From positions 1-57,769 of IMG/VR virus record IMGVR_UViG_3300006754_000018: a stretch of DNA of 57,769 bases; one strand, 5' to 3'. Each line of letters begins with the position of its first letter. Position 1 is the first letter of the stretch. This document shows positions 15,688-26,879 of the stretch, piece by piece. The stretch is from a virus (lineage: Duplodnaviria; Caudoviricetes). A program made the position numbers and the translations under genes. The notes beneath the pieces are model-generated. The model had not been told where the DNA came from and did no database searches. It saw only the letters and a program-made list of their open reading frames with translations.

Positions 15688-17364
15688 ATGACTGAGACCA
15701 ATTATTCAGCAATTGAAGAACTTAAAGAAGAGGAGATGAATCTCAATCCAGATCTTTATAAAGGTTCTTTCACATATGCTCACTATACTACTGGACAGGA
15801 TAATCATCTGTACAAGAGTTTATCTACTGTTGGTGATTTCTATTGCAAAATATGGTATCGTAATGAAGAGTTCGATGACACCAGAGTAAATGGTGAAAGG
15901 AATGTTCTAATAGTTGGTACAAATGATGGTGATCCATTTATAAACGATGCTGAAACTATTCACAGATACCTTGACATGCCAGGAGCAGTATTTGTTAATG
16001 CACAATATAGACAACAACTAACTGACTTAACCTATGCCAACAGGGATCTCAAGGATTGTGTTAAATTCCTCTCTGCATGTATAGGTAAGTATAATGGTAA
16101 TAAAGATACAATCAAACTTGTAGATCCTAATAATAATGAACTAACATATACTATGGTGTATGATGAAAAAGCATTAACTTTAGAAGTTACTGATTCAGAT
16201 GCACCACTAACATTATCGGATACATTCCCCAACACAATGTCTGAGGATGCTCCTATTAAACAGTTTGGAAGTAATATCGCTGGTGAAGCATCATGGATGG
16301 ATGGTGCTATAAATAAGATTTACAATACCGTTCTAGGTAGTGGTTCTATTGGTTTTAATAACATAAAGGGTGACTTCCAAAGTGGAGATAACTCTATCAG
16401 TCAGTATTATAGAGGTGGTAATAATATTGGTAATATATCTCAGAATAATAATATACCTACTGGTGGAACAATAAGTTGGTCAAATTTCCGTAACGCATGT
16501 AATAAGATTGAAGCAAACTGTTCAGGAAACTTCGATCACTTAGAAGCACGTTGGGAGATATATGGAAACCAAGAATGGACTGCCAAAGTAAATAAGACTA
16601 TTATATTAAGTGGTCACTGTGGTACTAGAGATCAGAATCAACCTGCTCTTAGATTCAATAACTCTGGTAGTGGTAATACAATAGAATTTAAAATTATTGC
16701 TCAGGGTCGTGTATATGGTTGGGCAGGATCACCAGCGGGATATAACTTAAGTCAGGGGCCTGTAGATGGTAGTGGTACTCTGACTAACGGAGGTCCAGGC
16801 GGTTATGCAATACACATGGCATCATCCATCAAAATTGGGAACGAATGGAATGGTCAGATCGCTGGGGGCGGTGGAGGCGGAGGTAAAGGTGGAACGGGTG
16901 GTCAAGGTGGTTGTGGAGGACACGGCGGTTCTCGAAGATGCAATGGTTCATTCTGTTGGAACACGAAGAGAGTGTGTCACAGGAATGGTGGTGATGGTGG
17001 ATCGGGCGGTCAAGGGGGTCGAGGTGCATGGGGTTATGGATATAGTTGGGATTCCGCAAATGGAATCTGGTGCAATATTTCTGGTACTCACTTAACATCA
17101 CCAGGCGGAGGTCAAGGAGGTCAAGGCGGTAGAAGTCGTGGAGGTGGTTCAGGAGGAACTGGAGGTCAAGGAGGAAATGGTGGATCCCTAGAAAATGGCG
17201 GTCAAGGTGGAAGAACTGGTAATAAGGGTAATAATGGTGGTGGTGACGAACATGGATGTGGTTATCCCTGTAGTAGATCAGGATCCAACGGAAGTGGTGG
17301 AACCAATGGCGGTAGTGCCAGTGGCAAATATACTACAAGTCATACAGGTGGAAGATATACTTAG
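15688..17364 (+). CDS. Gly-rich tail-fibre adhesin-like protein (gp38-like polyglycine C-terminus)
   Basis: GGTISWSNF motif, then repeated GGxGG runs separated by Cys/aromatic loops. Confidence 0.65.
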   Translation: MTETNYSAIEELKEEEMNLNPDLYKGSFTYAHYTTGQDNHLYKSLSTVGDFYCKIWYRNEEFDDTRVNGERNVLIVGTNDGDPFINDAETIHRYLDMPGAVFVNAQYRQQLTDLTYANRDLKDCVKFLSACIGKYNGNKDTIKLVDPNNNELTYTMVYDEKALTLEVTDSDAPLTLSDTFPNTMSEDAPIKQFGSNIAGEASWMDGAINKIYNTVLGSGSIGFNNIKGDFQSGDNSISQYYRGGNNIGNISQNNNIPTGGTISWSNFRNACNKIEANCSGNFDHLEARWEIYGNQEWTAKVNKTIILSGHCGTRDQNQPALRFNNSGSGNTIEFKIIAQGRVYGWAGSPAGYNLSQGPVDGSGTLTNGGPGGYAIHMASSIKIGNEWNGQIAGGGGGGGKGGTGGQGGCGGHGGSRRCNGSFCWNTKRVCHRNGGDGGSGGQGGRGAWGYGYSWDSANGIWCNISGTHLTSPGGGQGGQGGRSRGGGSGGTGGQGGNGGSLENGGQGGRTGNKGNNGGGDEHGCGYPCSRSGSNGSGGTNGGSASGKYTTSHTGGRYT

Positions 17365-18458
17365 AAACTATAGTCAAGATCACCTAAACGCTTAAATGTA
17401 GTTGGTTGTTGTCCAGTCTTTGCACCAGATAATCCATATAACAATTCAGTCGTCAATCCATCCTTTGTTGCTTTAACTACAACATCACCAAAGGTTGCTT
17501 GAATGTTTTCGCATTGTTCCCATACTTCTAACTGTTCTCTCCAATCATCACTGATCCAATTATAATCCCTACTGTCATTAATAATCATACCTTTACCATC
17601 ATTATATGATGATTGATATGAATTAAATACTGGGAAATCATCCATTGGTTGAGAACCATATGGAGCATTATAACTATATGATGTTCCCATTTCAAATGAT
17701 AATTCCTTCTTCAATCCGTCAGCGTCAAACTCAACGTGTGGAGTTAATATACTATGTGGTGACTCTACTTGTGTTAAACCCAATGTACTAAACATTTGTT
17801 CGGAGTTCTTATAAGCATGACTATTCTTAGAACCACATACTTTATCAAGTATTCCTTCTACTTCTGAACTAACCCACGCTTCTTCATTCTTATTCAATCC
17901 TAACTTTATAGACTTAAGTTTTGTACTTATCCATAGAGTACCGAAACTCCAGTCATGTCTATCAGTCTCAATATTATCAAGTATCTCTAAGTATTCTCTT
18001 AACGGTTGTGTATTAGTATTACCAGTAACAGTAGCAGCAAGTTGGCATATTGCATCAATACTTGGTGTCAATACTGGAGGTTCATCCTGAAAATGTACCA
18101 ACTCCCACTCTGGAGTGGATGGATCATCAGCATCAAACCATAACGCTCTAGTACCATCAAGATACTTGAAGAGACTACAATCTAATACTGTTCCATCAAA
18201 TAATGTATACTGAGGTATTTCAGTTGCCATAAAGAATAGAAAAGCATACTTAGGGTTATCTACTTCAACTCCTGCCTTTATACTCTTCTTAAAATATACT
18301 CCTGAATCTCTACGTTTAGTATTAGGTTGATCCCATCCCAATTGAAACAATGCTGGATTAGCATCAACAATACTCCTGATATTTGACACATCAGTGTCAC
18401 TCATCAGTTTTGGATGACGATTAGCGTCTTTAGATATACTATCAAAATCTACTGTCAT
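17361..18458 (-). CDS. Hypothetical protein
   Basis: 365-aa ORF in operon. Confidence 0.8.
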   Translation of the reverse strand: MTVDFDSISKDANRHPKLMSDTDVSNIRSIVDANPALFQLGWDQPNTKRRDSGVYFKKSIKAGVEVDNPKYAFLFFMATEIPQYTLFDGTVLDCSLFKYLDGTRALWFDADDPSTPEWELVHFQDEPPVLTPSIDAICQLAATVTGNTNTQPLREYLEILDNIETDRHDWSFGTLWISTKLKSIKLGLNKNEEAWVSSEVEGILDKVCGSKNSHAYKNSEQMFSTLGLTQVESPHSILTPHVEFDADGLKKELSFEMGTSYSYNAPYGSQPMDDFPVFNSYQSSYNDGKGMIINDSRDYNWISDDWREQLEVWEQCENIQATFGDVVVKATKDGLTTELLYGLSGAKTGQQPTTFKRLGDLDYSF

Positions 18459-18461
18459 GTT

Positions 18462-19037
18462 TTAACTCCAGTCTTGTCCTTTTTGATACGAAAACCATAC
18501 AATAACACAGTACCTAGTACCCTTAGTCACTGGTTTGACTTCATGTGGATATAACATATTACTTGGATATACATGTATAGAATTACTATGTTTATCTAAG
18601 TTAGTATCACCCCAGAAGCAAATCTCACCACCTTCATAGTTATCATTAATACCAAATGATGCAGTTACAGAACCAGCATCACCATCAGCATCCGTATGAA
18701 TAGATAGGTATCCATTCTCAGGATATTTACATAACCAGTATCCTGAGTATTTATCATATTCTGGAGAATTTGGTGGATTTATCTCAGAATAGTCCCTATA
18801 AATCTTAGGCATGATCTTCATCATTGACTTATGAATCAAATCATAGATCTCTCCGTCATCTGGTGATAACAACTGTTGAGATCTATATCCATGTAAATTA
18901 TATAAAGTCTCTTGTCTGCAAGTATCATACTCAGGCCAGTCGAATGTATCACATAACTCTAGTAATCTCTTATGATTATATTCAGGTAAGACATCATGAT
19001 ACGAAAACATGAATGATGACAAATATTGATTAATCAT
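18462..19037 (-). CDS. 2OG-Fe(II) oxygenase (prolyl-4-hydroxylase-like)
   Basis: HTD...YEGGE...YPHEVKPVTKGTRY. Confidence 0.9.
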   Translation of the reverse strand: MINQYLSSFMFSYHDVLPEYNHKRLLELCDTFDWPEYDTCRQETLYNLHGYRSQQLLSPDDGEIYDLIHKSMMKIMPKIYRDYSEINPPNSPEYDKYSGYWLCKYPENGYLSIHTDADGDAGSVTASFGINDNYEGGEICFWGDTNLDKHSNSIHVYPSNMLYPHEVKPVTKGTRYCVIVWFSYQKGQDWS

Positions 19038-19041
19038 CCCA

Positions 19042-19848
19042 CTAAAGGTGAGTTACCCTATTTAATCCGTCTGGATTAGTAAATATTGAATGATCTATAA
19101 ACCCTACGAGACAATACCTAGGTTCATTAGGTTCGTTGAACATGTGATCTTTAACAGCAGGTTGATGCCAAAGATATGCAGGATATATAATCATCCTATT
19201 ATATTTCATTGGTACATGATGATACTCTTCATACACATCTTCGATGTGTCTATTATCCATCGTAACCTCTTCATTCTTCCTAGTCTTATCAAATACATAC
19301 TTCCATTCTTTATAATTCCAATATTGTTCTGTCCTCTTATATGCAGGATCAACATACTCCATGTTAGTCTCACCAGTATCTCTGTGTGAGAAGAATGAAG
19401 TGCCACCTTCACATTCCTCCTCTTTGTTTAGATAAAGAACATAGGCGAACATTGCATCATCAATATGTGGATTTATAGCAGATCTTTTACATGTTACACC
19501 ACCACGAAAGACATTGACTTGATTATTAATCTCAAGATCTTCGATATTCTGTATTGCCCCTTTGAAATCACTAAAATTATTAATAAACCAGGCAACCATA
19601 GTGTCGATTTCCTTTAAAATTACAGGAACCGCACCTTGATGGCCTGGAGCAACTACCGTTTCGTGTTCTATAACACCTAGCGGTACTTTCTTTATAATAT
19701 GTTCTACAAATTTGGAGGGATTATTCAAGACATTATCAACTATGACAATAGGATGGTTGTCCCTTTCACCAATCTTACGAGTCTTGTAATCAACGTTGTC
19801 TGATACTGCAATCCACGAATCATCAATATAATTCATTATAATCCCCAT
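19042..19848 (-). CDS. DUF6445-like 2OG-Fe(II) oxygenase-fold protein
   Basis: PHID...YLN...GGTSF...MKYNRMIIYP...H. Confidence 0.85.
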   Translation of the reverse strand: MGIIMNYIDDSWIAVSDNVDYKTRKIGERDNHPIVIVDNVLNNPSKFVEHIIKKVPLGVIEHETVVAPGHQGAVPVILKEIDTMVAWFINNFSDFKGAIQNIEDLEINNQVNVFRGGVTCKRSAINPHIDDAMFAYVLYLNKEEECEGGTSFFSHRDTGETNMEYVDPAYKRTEQYWNYKEWKYVFDKTRKNEEVTMDNRHIEDVYEEYHHVPMKYNRMIIYPAYLWHQPAVKDHMFNEPNEPRYCLVGFIDHSIFTNPDGLNRVTHL

Positions 19849-19858
19849 TTTTTAATAT

Positions 19859-22800
19859 TTATTCTGGTTTGTAGATTCTCTCTGCCTTAGTTCTCTTAAG
19901 GTCATCAACCTCATCTTTGAGTTCCTTGATTGCCTCAATCAATAGAGGAACAAGTTTCTCATACTGTACTGTTAGATACTTGTCATTACCAGGCGCAGGT
20001 CTAACTGCCTCTGGAAGAACCTCTTGTACTGCCTGTGCAGATACACCAGAGAATCTTTGACTACCACTATCTAAACCTACATCAGTCTTAGCAAGATCGT
20101 TATGTTGATAAGTGAATCCACTTAAAGTACATACCTTAGCAACTGCGTTATCGATCTGTTCGATACTTGTCTTAAGTCTCATGTCAGAGACAAATGCAGT
20201 TATATCGCCAGGAACCTTAAGATTTGAGTTACCCTCTAATCTAAAGTTACCAGACCATGTTGTACTGTTAGAAGAGTTGTTATATGGAATCTGTCCGTTT
20301 CCACCACCACCTAGGTGAGAAGCAACCTGAGCAGTAGCAGCATTAACCTGTGCAGTACCAGCAGCAGTGAATGTACCGTTACACTCAAAGTCTTTAACAG
20401 TTAGTTTATTACCATTAAACTGCAAGTTACTACTTGTAGTTGTATTGTTGGTTGATTGTTGATAAAGAACCTGACCACCAGTACCCTTACAATCATCTGC
20501 AAGACCAGCAGCATCTGCCTTACCTTCAAAGTCTGGGCAAGTTACCTTGGATCCAACCGTCAAAGTGGTTGATACATCCATGTTGCCATTACAATCTATA
20601 GCAAGACCACCACCAGAGTTACTGATAGTGAATCCACCATTACCACTCAATGAACCACCATTAAAGGCGTTCGCAACAATAACATTACCCTTGAAACTAC
20701 CAGCAGCGTCTCTTGCAACAATACTTGCTGCGTTCTGGACGTTTGCTTCTGCGTTCATTCCATCGAGGAGATCAACGTTAAGGTTAAGAACCTTCTGTGG
20801 AGAAGCAACAACGAATGGAGCAACGTTACTACCAAATGATGCAGTAGATTCAAACTGATAAGACTTAACGTTACCAACAGAACCTGCATCAATAACCATA
20901 GACTTGTTAGATCCAGCAGATAGGTTAGTAACAATACCAACGTCAGAGTAGATCTTAGGAGAACAAACACCGTCTCCACCAGTCTTCATGTTGATCCTCT
21001 CCATCGTCATGGCATAACCAGTCAGAGAGGTAACAATACCAGAGTTAAGATTAACTCTTATTTCAGGTTGTCCTGAACCTGCATTACCACGACCACCAAT
21101 GTATTGTGACTTAATAGCAGTAACAACACCAGAATTGATGTACATGTCAGGACCATAAAGGTCATCAATGAAGTGCAAGTCAGTTGCAGTAACAGCAGCA
21201 CCTGATATGTTATCAGACCAAATATTGGTAGAGGTTAGGTTAGTAACAACACCAGCAAGAGCATATAACTGAGGTGTAATGATATGGTTGGTTATTTTTA
21301 TCTGAGTTGCAATACCTGTGTAGATATTGGTCTCATTTACATAAGATGTACCAACATGTGCCAATGTAGTGATACCTACATCACTATAGTTTCTAGCGAT
21401 GGATGCGTCAGTTGCCTTGAAGTCAGTAACAATACCATTAGTTGCATATAGATTCTTAGGTACTGTAAGTGTCTCAGCATATGCAGTCCTTGCTTCAAAC
21501 TTATTAACAGTAATAGAACCAACACCAACTGTTATATCACCAACTTGAAGATGTCCAGCAAATGTACTGATTCCTGCCCATGTGGAGTGCCATGAAGACT
21601 CTGCCTTAATATGTGCAGCAGGTTTGAAGGATACATAAGTACCAACAACCTCCATGTTGTTCATTCTGGCAGTACCACCTTCATCTACGATGGTGTAGTA
21701 ACCGTATGTTTCCCAAGGAATACCCTGTGGTGAAATACCACCAGTAGTATTATAACCCCAGAGATCAACTACCTTCTTAACAACCAAGGTGTCATAAGAC
21801 ACACCAGCGAATGACTGATTAGATGCAAAGGTAACAATACCTGATACAAACAGGTCTTTAACCTTAACAACACCATTAACTTCTAGTGAATCCTTAAAGT
21901 TGAATACACCAACATTAGACTGACCAATACCAATCTGATCTACCTTGAGGAAGTTCCTATCTCTTTCTTGTGAGATTACACCAAACCTTCTCCACTCACC
22001 TTCTGCATATATGTGTCCTAAGTATCCACCAGCATCGGGGATACCAACAAGTGAAAGATCACCAGATCTCTTAGTTCCTGTAGGAGTGGAAATACCAACT
22101 GTAATTAATTTACCCTGTGGTGCATCACCTCTCAGATACATGTTGATTGCTTCAACACCCTCAGTAGAGTTACTTGTTAGTTTCTCAGTGAAATTAACAG
22201 GACCATAGAACTGTGATGTTCTATTGTTGTTGTCTCCACCCTCAACTGTGATTGATTCTCTAACAAGAACTTCATCAAATACACCAGATACTCTCTTAGT
22301 AGATTCTGCCTCAGCATCATCACCAGTGTATGAGAATACAGGTGCCTCAATGACTTCTTCCTCACCAGTAATAGAGGATAATCTCTTATATCCAGTGTAG
22401 AAGTCACCAGAGTCGTTCATACCAGTATAAACAACAGTACCACCGTCTAGTTCTTTCTTCTGAGCGGCAAGTGTCTCTTTATCAGATAGGACTCTATCTT
22501 GTTTCTGTGGTAATGAAGTTGAATAGTTACCAGAACCATATCCAAGATATTCAAATGTATGTCCAGATGCACGAAGAATAGATGGTCTGCGAAGTTCCAT
22601 CGGTAGAACATCAATCTTCTTGATTGTAGTTCCTACAACAGCATTAGATGCAAGAGTACCAAACTGACCACGAAGGATCTTGTTAATATTAGTATTAACG
22701 AATCTGACAATCTCACCATTAACCATACAGTAATCACCACGTTTAAATCCAGCGATTCCTGTCAAAGTAATAGCAGTATCAGTAGATGTCAGTGGAGCAT

Positions 22801-25800
22801 CAATTGTAGTAGAGATACCTGCATAGAAGTATGTTGCTCTACCTGCAAGATTATTCTCACCTAAACCTAATGTCTTAGCATTTGCACTAATACCTGTTCC
22901 GAATAGTCTTGCATCAGTAATTGAATATGAAGTATCAATACCAGCAGTAATAATACCAACATTACATACAATACTCCTTAAAGGAATATCAGACTCAACA
23001 TCATCAACAACTAGAAGTCTATCTTCAAATAATGGGTTCTTTGTTCCCCAAATCGTAAATACATTACCAGAAACCAATGTGTGGTTCTTGTTTACTCTAA
23101 TAGTTGCAATACCAGATGAACGATCTACATCAATCCATGTAACACCAGTACCAACGTTTGCAAGAGTATATGTTGCCTGTCTTCTATCATCTCTACCTGT
23201 AAAGTAAGGTGTTAGAGTTCTTGATGTTCCAATCTCAACAGAAACAGTCCTTGCAGTTGGGACATCTACAATTTTAAATGTACCATTCAACTCAGGAGTC
23301 TCAAATCCCTGTAATGTTAGACCATCACCCCGATTATTAAAGATTGAAGTAACAGAAACTACACCAGCGACTGTTGCATTACCTGCTGGGAAAGCAGATA
23401 CAGTCATGGTGTTACCTACACCATAAGTACAACCACCATCAATAAGTTCTACTCCAGTAATAGTACCAGCAGCAGAAACAGTAACCTCTGCAGCAGCATT
23501 CCTACCAGATAGTGCATTATTCTCAAGGTCTGCAGCATATATTACTGTTGCAATACCAGATCCATTATTATATCCAGAGCCTGGAGTGATTAGTTCTACT
23601 GATTTAATAGTATTCAGTCTATGCTCTACATCAGTATAAAGAGTAATAGTAGTATTACCTGTACCAGTAATAACTGCACCCGTTACAGCGAAACCTACCT
23701 GTTGTCCTTGCATGAAGTAAGATAATGCTTCACGAGTAACTGAATTCTTCTTGTCATTAGTTACAACTTCACCAATAACAGATGCACTTGAGTGAGTAAT
23801 TGCAGGTTGTGGATCAGACTCGTAGTTATCTCTATCCTGTTGTGGATATAAGTTCCTTACGTCCTGAGAGAAAGACTTCATGGATACACCATATCCAAGG
23901 TCTTTATCCAGTGGAATTGATCCACAAACGACGGTTAAGTTATATACCCCGTCTTGTCCAGATGTGCCTGGAACGTGCGGTCTAGACTCTTGTACCCTAT
24001 ACACAGAGAACGTATCAGCAGACTTAGATCTCTGTACTGTAGGCAGTGCATCAATCTGTTGTTGAGTAGTTCTTTGGTTGATCTGACTCTTAAATGCGCC
24101 AGGATCAGTTGATATACCAGCAACAGTAAATGACTTTGCAGTTGGAATAGTAGCAATGACATGTTCGCCATTATATCCTAGACCATATACACCAGTACTA
24201 TTATTGACACTATCAACACCTTTAATATCTACTAGGTCACCTATCTGTAACCTATGTTGTTTCTCAGTAGTGAATGTAAGAATCTGTGATCCAAATGTAG
24301 CATTCTTAAGAATCTTAACGTTCTTGAGTTGAGTTGGGTTACTCAAATCAGCACTCAAATAAGATGCACTACTTACACCAACAGTCTTAGATTCTTGTAG
24401 AATGAAACCAGGCTTAGGAGCACGAGCATTAGTATGTTCTTTAGGTAAAACATATCTCATTCTATAGAGTCTATCCAATAAGGATCTATTATCAACTCTA
24501 CGTTTGATGTATGTTGTACCTGTCTCTGAACCAATAACACCCAGACCAATTGTATTAAGTGCAGGGAATATTGTATTATAAGTTGTACTTGAGTGACCAA
24601 GAATATACCAGTTACTATTGGCAGCATCCCATTGAACTGGATGGCCTGGATCGCCTGGGTTCTTATCACTAACTGTAGATCTAACTGTTAATTTACCACC
24701 ATTGTTGGAAAGTCCAGTTATAGGTCTCCTAGAAGCAGCATCGTTAAATGTAGATGCCAACTGGATTCTATCAGCAGCAAGATTACCACCAGCGATAGCA
24801 AAATATACCTTATCATTTACTATACCATTTGGTGTCTCACCAGTATTACTAAAGACTCTAATCTTCTCACCATTAACTAACTGGTGATTAAAACTGAATT
24901 GAAGTACGTTAGAAATAATAGCATTAACACCAGAGTTTCTAATTACTTGATACTCTTTCTTAGATGATGTACCAATACCACTAGGAACCTGCATGAGAAC
25001 TGGAGTCTCATAAGTTTCTTGTACTGCCTGACCAGACAGAGTATTAACCAAACTTAAGTATAATGTTTCACCCTTTCTAGAACCAACCCTAAAGGAATCG
25101 ACTTCTGCTGGAGGAACAATCTCTTCACTATTATAACTGTTAAGATATAACCTATCAGTTACACCAACACCAATAGTCTTTGCTACATCAATTGTTAACC
25201 AAGATGAAGTACTATCATCATTCTGTAGTTCTCTTGGTGGAACAATATGAGTAATATAACCAACGTCATCTCTATCAAATGATTGTGGTCTGAATCCTGA
25301 TGCCTCAAGAGCGGTCTGACCAAAGTTAGAGTTAGAGTTCGTAATTGAAGCGTCACCACCTCTTTCTGCATGGAAGTGACGTGCATATGCAATAGCGAAA
25401 ACAGAAACCAACTGAACAACAGCGTTGTTCCTTACTCTCATGTGAGAGGTTTCATAGTTTGGTTTGTAAATTGCCCTAGAGTTGGCGTGCAATGGTTTAT
25501 CTGATTCTGATACAGTAGTTGTATCATTAAAGATTGCAGTTGTAGGATTGTAAAGAACGAACGCATTGTCATCCTTCTGAATGGAAATACCAGTGAACTG
25601 GGCACAAACCATAGATTTGAAACCAGTTGCCTTGTCTCCATCACAATCCAAACCATTCATACCATAAACTGATCTTAATGAACAGTTAAAGACATATGGA
25701 GATGCAGATCCTACAGTATCAGGTTCAACTATAACAGATGAGTTCTGAATTTCTTGTGCGGTAGGTAGTGCATTGCCAGGTGTGGCAGGAGTAACAAACC

Positions 25801-26836
25801 TAAACTGAGTATCACTAAGTACCTCATCAACTAAGAAGGAACCATTATATGAATTAATAGAAGTAGTAATACCAGCAATTAGAACAGGAGTATCCTTGAA
25901 TAGTCCATGATTTCTATCAGTATTAACAGTAATAATACTAGTAGGAGTATTACCATCACCAGACTTAATACTACTAATACCTACAGGGTCAGCAGCAAGG
26001 TCACCAACAATCCTAAACTCATCTACGTTAGGTTCAAAGTCACTGAATGTTGGATAATCACCAAGAGGACGACCTGAAGAATCACCATATGCTCTGGCAA
26101 CCTTGAAGTAGTACATATCAAGGTCAGTCAATTGACTGTCTGTGCCATCAATCAGCACATTATTCATACCATCAGCGAACGTAAATGTCGCTAGTTTATG
26201 GTGTGAATAAGTAGGAGTCTTAGTATTACTATCATAGTCATAGTATGCAGTCTTACCAATATCTGCATCAAAGATAGTAAAAGCAGTAAAGTAACAAGTA
26301 CCAGTTACACGAAGTACTCCAGAGTACTGCATGATATCATTTTCTGGATCTGGTACATATAATGGTCTCAGTTTTGTCTTACGAAGGTCAAAACCAATAA
26401 TAGATGTACCTCTAGGAAGGATAGCACCACCTTCAGTAGAGTTATACTTATATAATTCGTTATTAGGATCTAGTACATCAAAGTTAGTCTCTGAAGTGAA
26501 TTGACTAAGTGATGATGCCTGCCATCCTGCGTTCTTTCTTGCCTTATATTCTGCCGTTCCACTATTATTTGTTACAGTAAGCCCAGGCCTGTTATCAATA
26601 TAATGTACGCCTGGATATGCAAGTATAGTTGTTCTGTCTATCTTATCGTTATTCTGACCACTCTGATATGAAAATCTTGCCGCTTCAATCAGTGCCCTCT
26701 GTATAGTTTTAAAAGGACGAGTTTGTGAATTACCTCTGTTCTCGATACTGTCAGTAGCATCAAAATCACTGGGATTAACATATAGAATGTTACCTTCAGC
26801 ATTCTTCAGAAAGTTTTCTAATCTTGATAGAGGCAT
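19859..26836 (-). CDS. Long tail-fibre/structural protein with C-terminal peptidase S74 intramolecular chaperone
   Basis: MPLSRLENFLKN...RPFKTIQRALIE N-terminus typical of cyanophage fibres; SDMRLK...VQYEKLVPLLIEAIKEL C-terminus. Confidence 0.9.
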   Translation of the reverse strand: MPLSRLENFLKNAEGNILYVNPSDFDATDSIENRGNSQTRPFKTIQRALIEAARFSYQSGQNNDKIDRTTILAYPGVHYIDNRPGLTVTNNSGTAEYKARKNAGWQASSLSQFTSETNFDVLDPNNELYKYNSTEGGAILPRGTSIIGFDLRKTKLRPLYVPDPENDIMQYSGVLRVTGTCYFTAFTIFDADIGKTAYYDYDSNTKTPTYSHHKLATFTFADGMNNVLIDGTDSQLTDLDMYYFKVARAYGDSSGRPLGDYPTFSDFEPNVDEFRIVGDLAADPVGISSIKSGDGNTPTSIITVNTDRNHGLFKDTPVLIAGITTSINSYNGSFLVDEVLSDTQFRFVTPATPGNALPTAQEIQNSSVIVEPDTVGSASPYVFNCSLRSVYGMNGLDCDGDKATGFKSMVCAQFTGISIQKDDNAFVLYNPTTAIFNDTTTVSESDKPLHANSRAIYKPNYETSHMRVRNNAVVQLVSVFAIAYARHFHAERGGDASITNSNSNFGQTALEASGFRPQSFDRDDVGYITHIVPPRELQNDDSTSSWLTIDVAKTIGVGVTDRLYLNSYNSEEIVPPAEVDSFRVGSRKGETLYLSLVNTLSGQAVQETYETPVLMQVPSGIGTSSKKEYQVIRNSGVNAIISNVLQFSFNHQLVNGEKIRVFSNTGETPNGIVNDKVYFAIAGGNLAADRIQLASTFNDAASRRPITGLSNNGGKLTVRSTVSDKNPGDPGHPVQWDAANSNWYILGHSSTTYNTIFPALNTIGLGVIGSETGTTYIKRRVDNRSLLDRLYRMRYVLPKEHTNARAPKPGFILQESKTVGVSSASYLSADLSNPTQLKNVKILKNATFGSQILTFTTEKQHRLQIGDLVDIKGVDSVNNSTGVYGLGYNGEHVIATIPTAKSFTVAGISTDPGAFKSQINQRTTQQQIDALPTVQRSKSADTFSVYRVQESRPHVPGTSGQDGVYNLTVVCGSIPLDKDLGYGVSMKSFSQDVRNLYPQQDRDNYESDPQPAITHSSASVIGEVVTNDKKNSVTREALSYFMQGQQVGFAVTGAVITGTGNTTITLYTDVEHRLNTIKSVELITPGSGYNNGSGIATVIYAADLENNALSGRNAAAEVTVSAAGTITGVELIDGGCTYGVGNTMTVSAFPAGNATVAGVVSVTSIFNNRGDGLTLQGFETPELNGTFKIVDVPTARTVSVEIGTSRTLTPYFTGRDDRRQATYTLANVGTGVTWIDVDRSSGIATIRVNKNHTLVSGNVFTIWGTKNPLFEDRLLVVDDVESDIPLRSIVCNVGIITAGIDTSYSITDARLFGTGISANAKTLGLGENNLAGRATYFYAGISTTIDAPLTSTDTAITLTGIAGFKRGDYCMVNGEIVRFVNTNINKILRGQFGTLASNAVVGTTIKKIDVLPMELRRPSILRASGHTFEYLGYGSGNYSTSLPQKQDRVLSDKETLAAQKKELDGGTVVYTGMNDSGDFYTGYKRLSSITGEEEVIEAPVFSYTGDDAEAESTKRVSGVFDEVLVRESITVEGGDNNNRTSQFYGPVNFTEKLTSNSTEGVEAINMYLRGDAPQGKLITVGISTPTGTKRSGDLSLVGIPDAGGYLGHIYAEGEWRRFGVISQERDRNFLKVDQIGIGQSNVGVFNFKDSLEVNGVVKVKDLFVSGIVTFASNQSFAGVSYDTLVVKKVVDLWGYNTTGGISPQGIPWETYGYYTIVDEGGTARMNNMEVVGTYVSFKPAAHIKAESSWHSTWAGISTFAGHLQVGDITVGVGSITVNKFEARTAYAETLTVPKNLYATNGIVTDFKATDASIARNYSDVGITTLAHVGTSYVNETNIYTGIATQIKITNHIITPQLYALAGVVTNLTSTNIWSDNISGAAVTATDLHFIDDLYGPDMYINSGVVTAIKSQYIGGRGNAGSGQPEIRVNLNSGIVTSLTGYAMTMERINMKTGGDGVCSPKIYSDVGIVTNLSAGSNKSMVIDAGSVGNVKSYQFESTASFGSNVAPFVVASPQKVLNLNVDLLDGMNAEANVQNAASIVARDAAGSFKGNVIVANAFNGGSLSGNGGFTISNSGGGLAIDCNGNMDVSTTLTVGSKVTCPDFEGKADAAGLADDCKGTGGQVLYQQSTNNTTTSSNLQFNGNKLTVKDFECNGTFTAAGTAQVNAATAQVASHLGGGGNGQIPYNNSSNSTTWSGNFRLEGNSNLKVPGDITAFVSDMRLKTSIEQIDNAVAKVCTLSGFTYQHNDLAKTDVGLDSGSQRFSGVSAQAVQEVLPEAVRPAPGNDKYLTVQYEKLVPLLIEAIKELKDEVDDLKRTKAERIYKPE

Positions 26837-26868
26837 TGACCTTCAACCTATAGGATTTCTTCTTTACC

Positions 26869-26875
26869 TATTTAG
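26869..26875 (-). promoter_or_regulatory. T4-type late promoter (CTAAATA)
   Basis: 33 nt upstream of the tail-fibre ATG. Confidence 0.6.
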
Positions 26876-26879
26876 ACAC

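Noticed and set aside
15688-26836. Diversity-generating retroelement or invertase-based fibre switching
   Set aside because: No reverse transcriptase, recombinase or TR/VR repeat pair seen in the window
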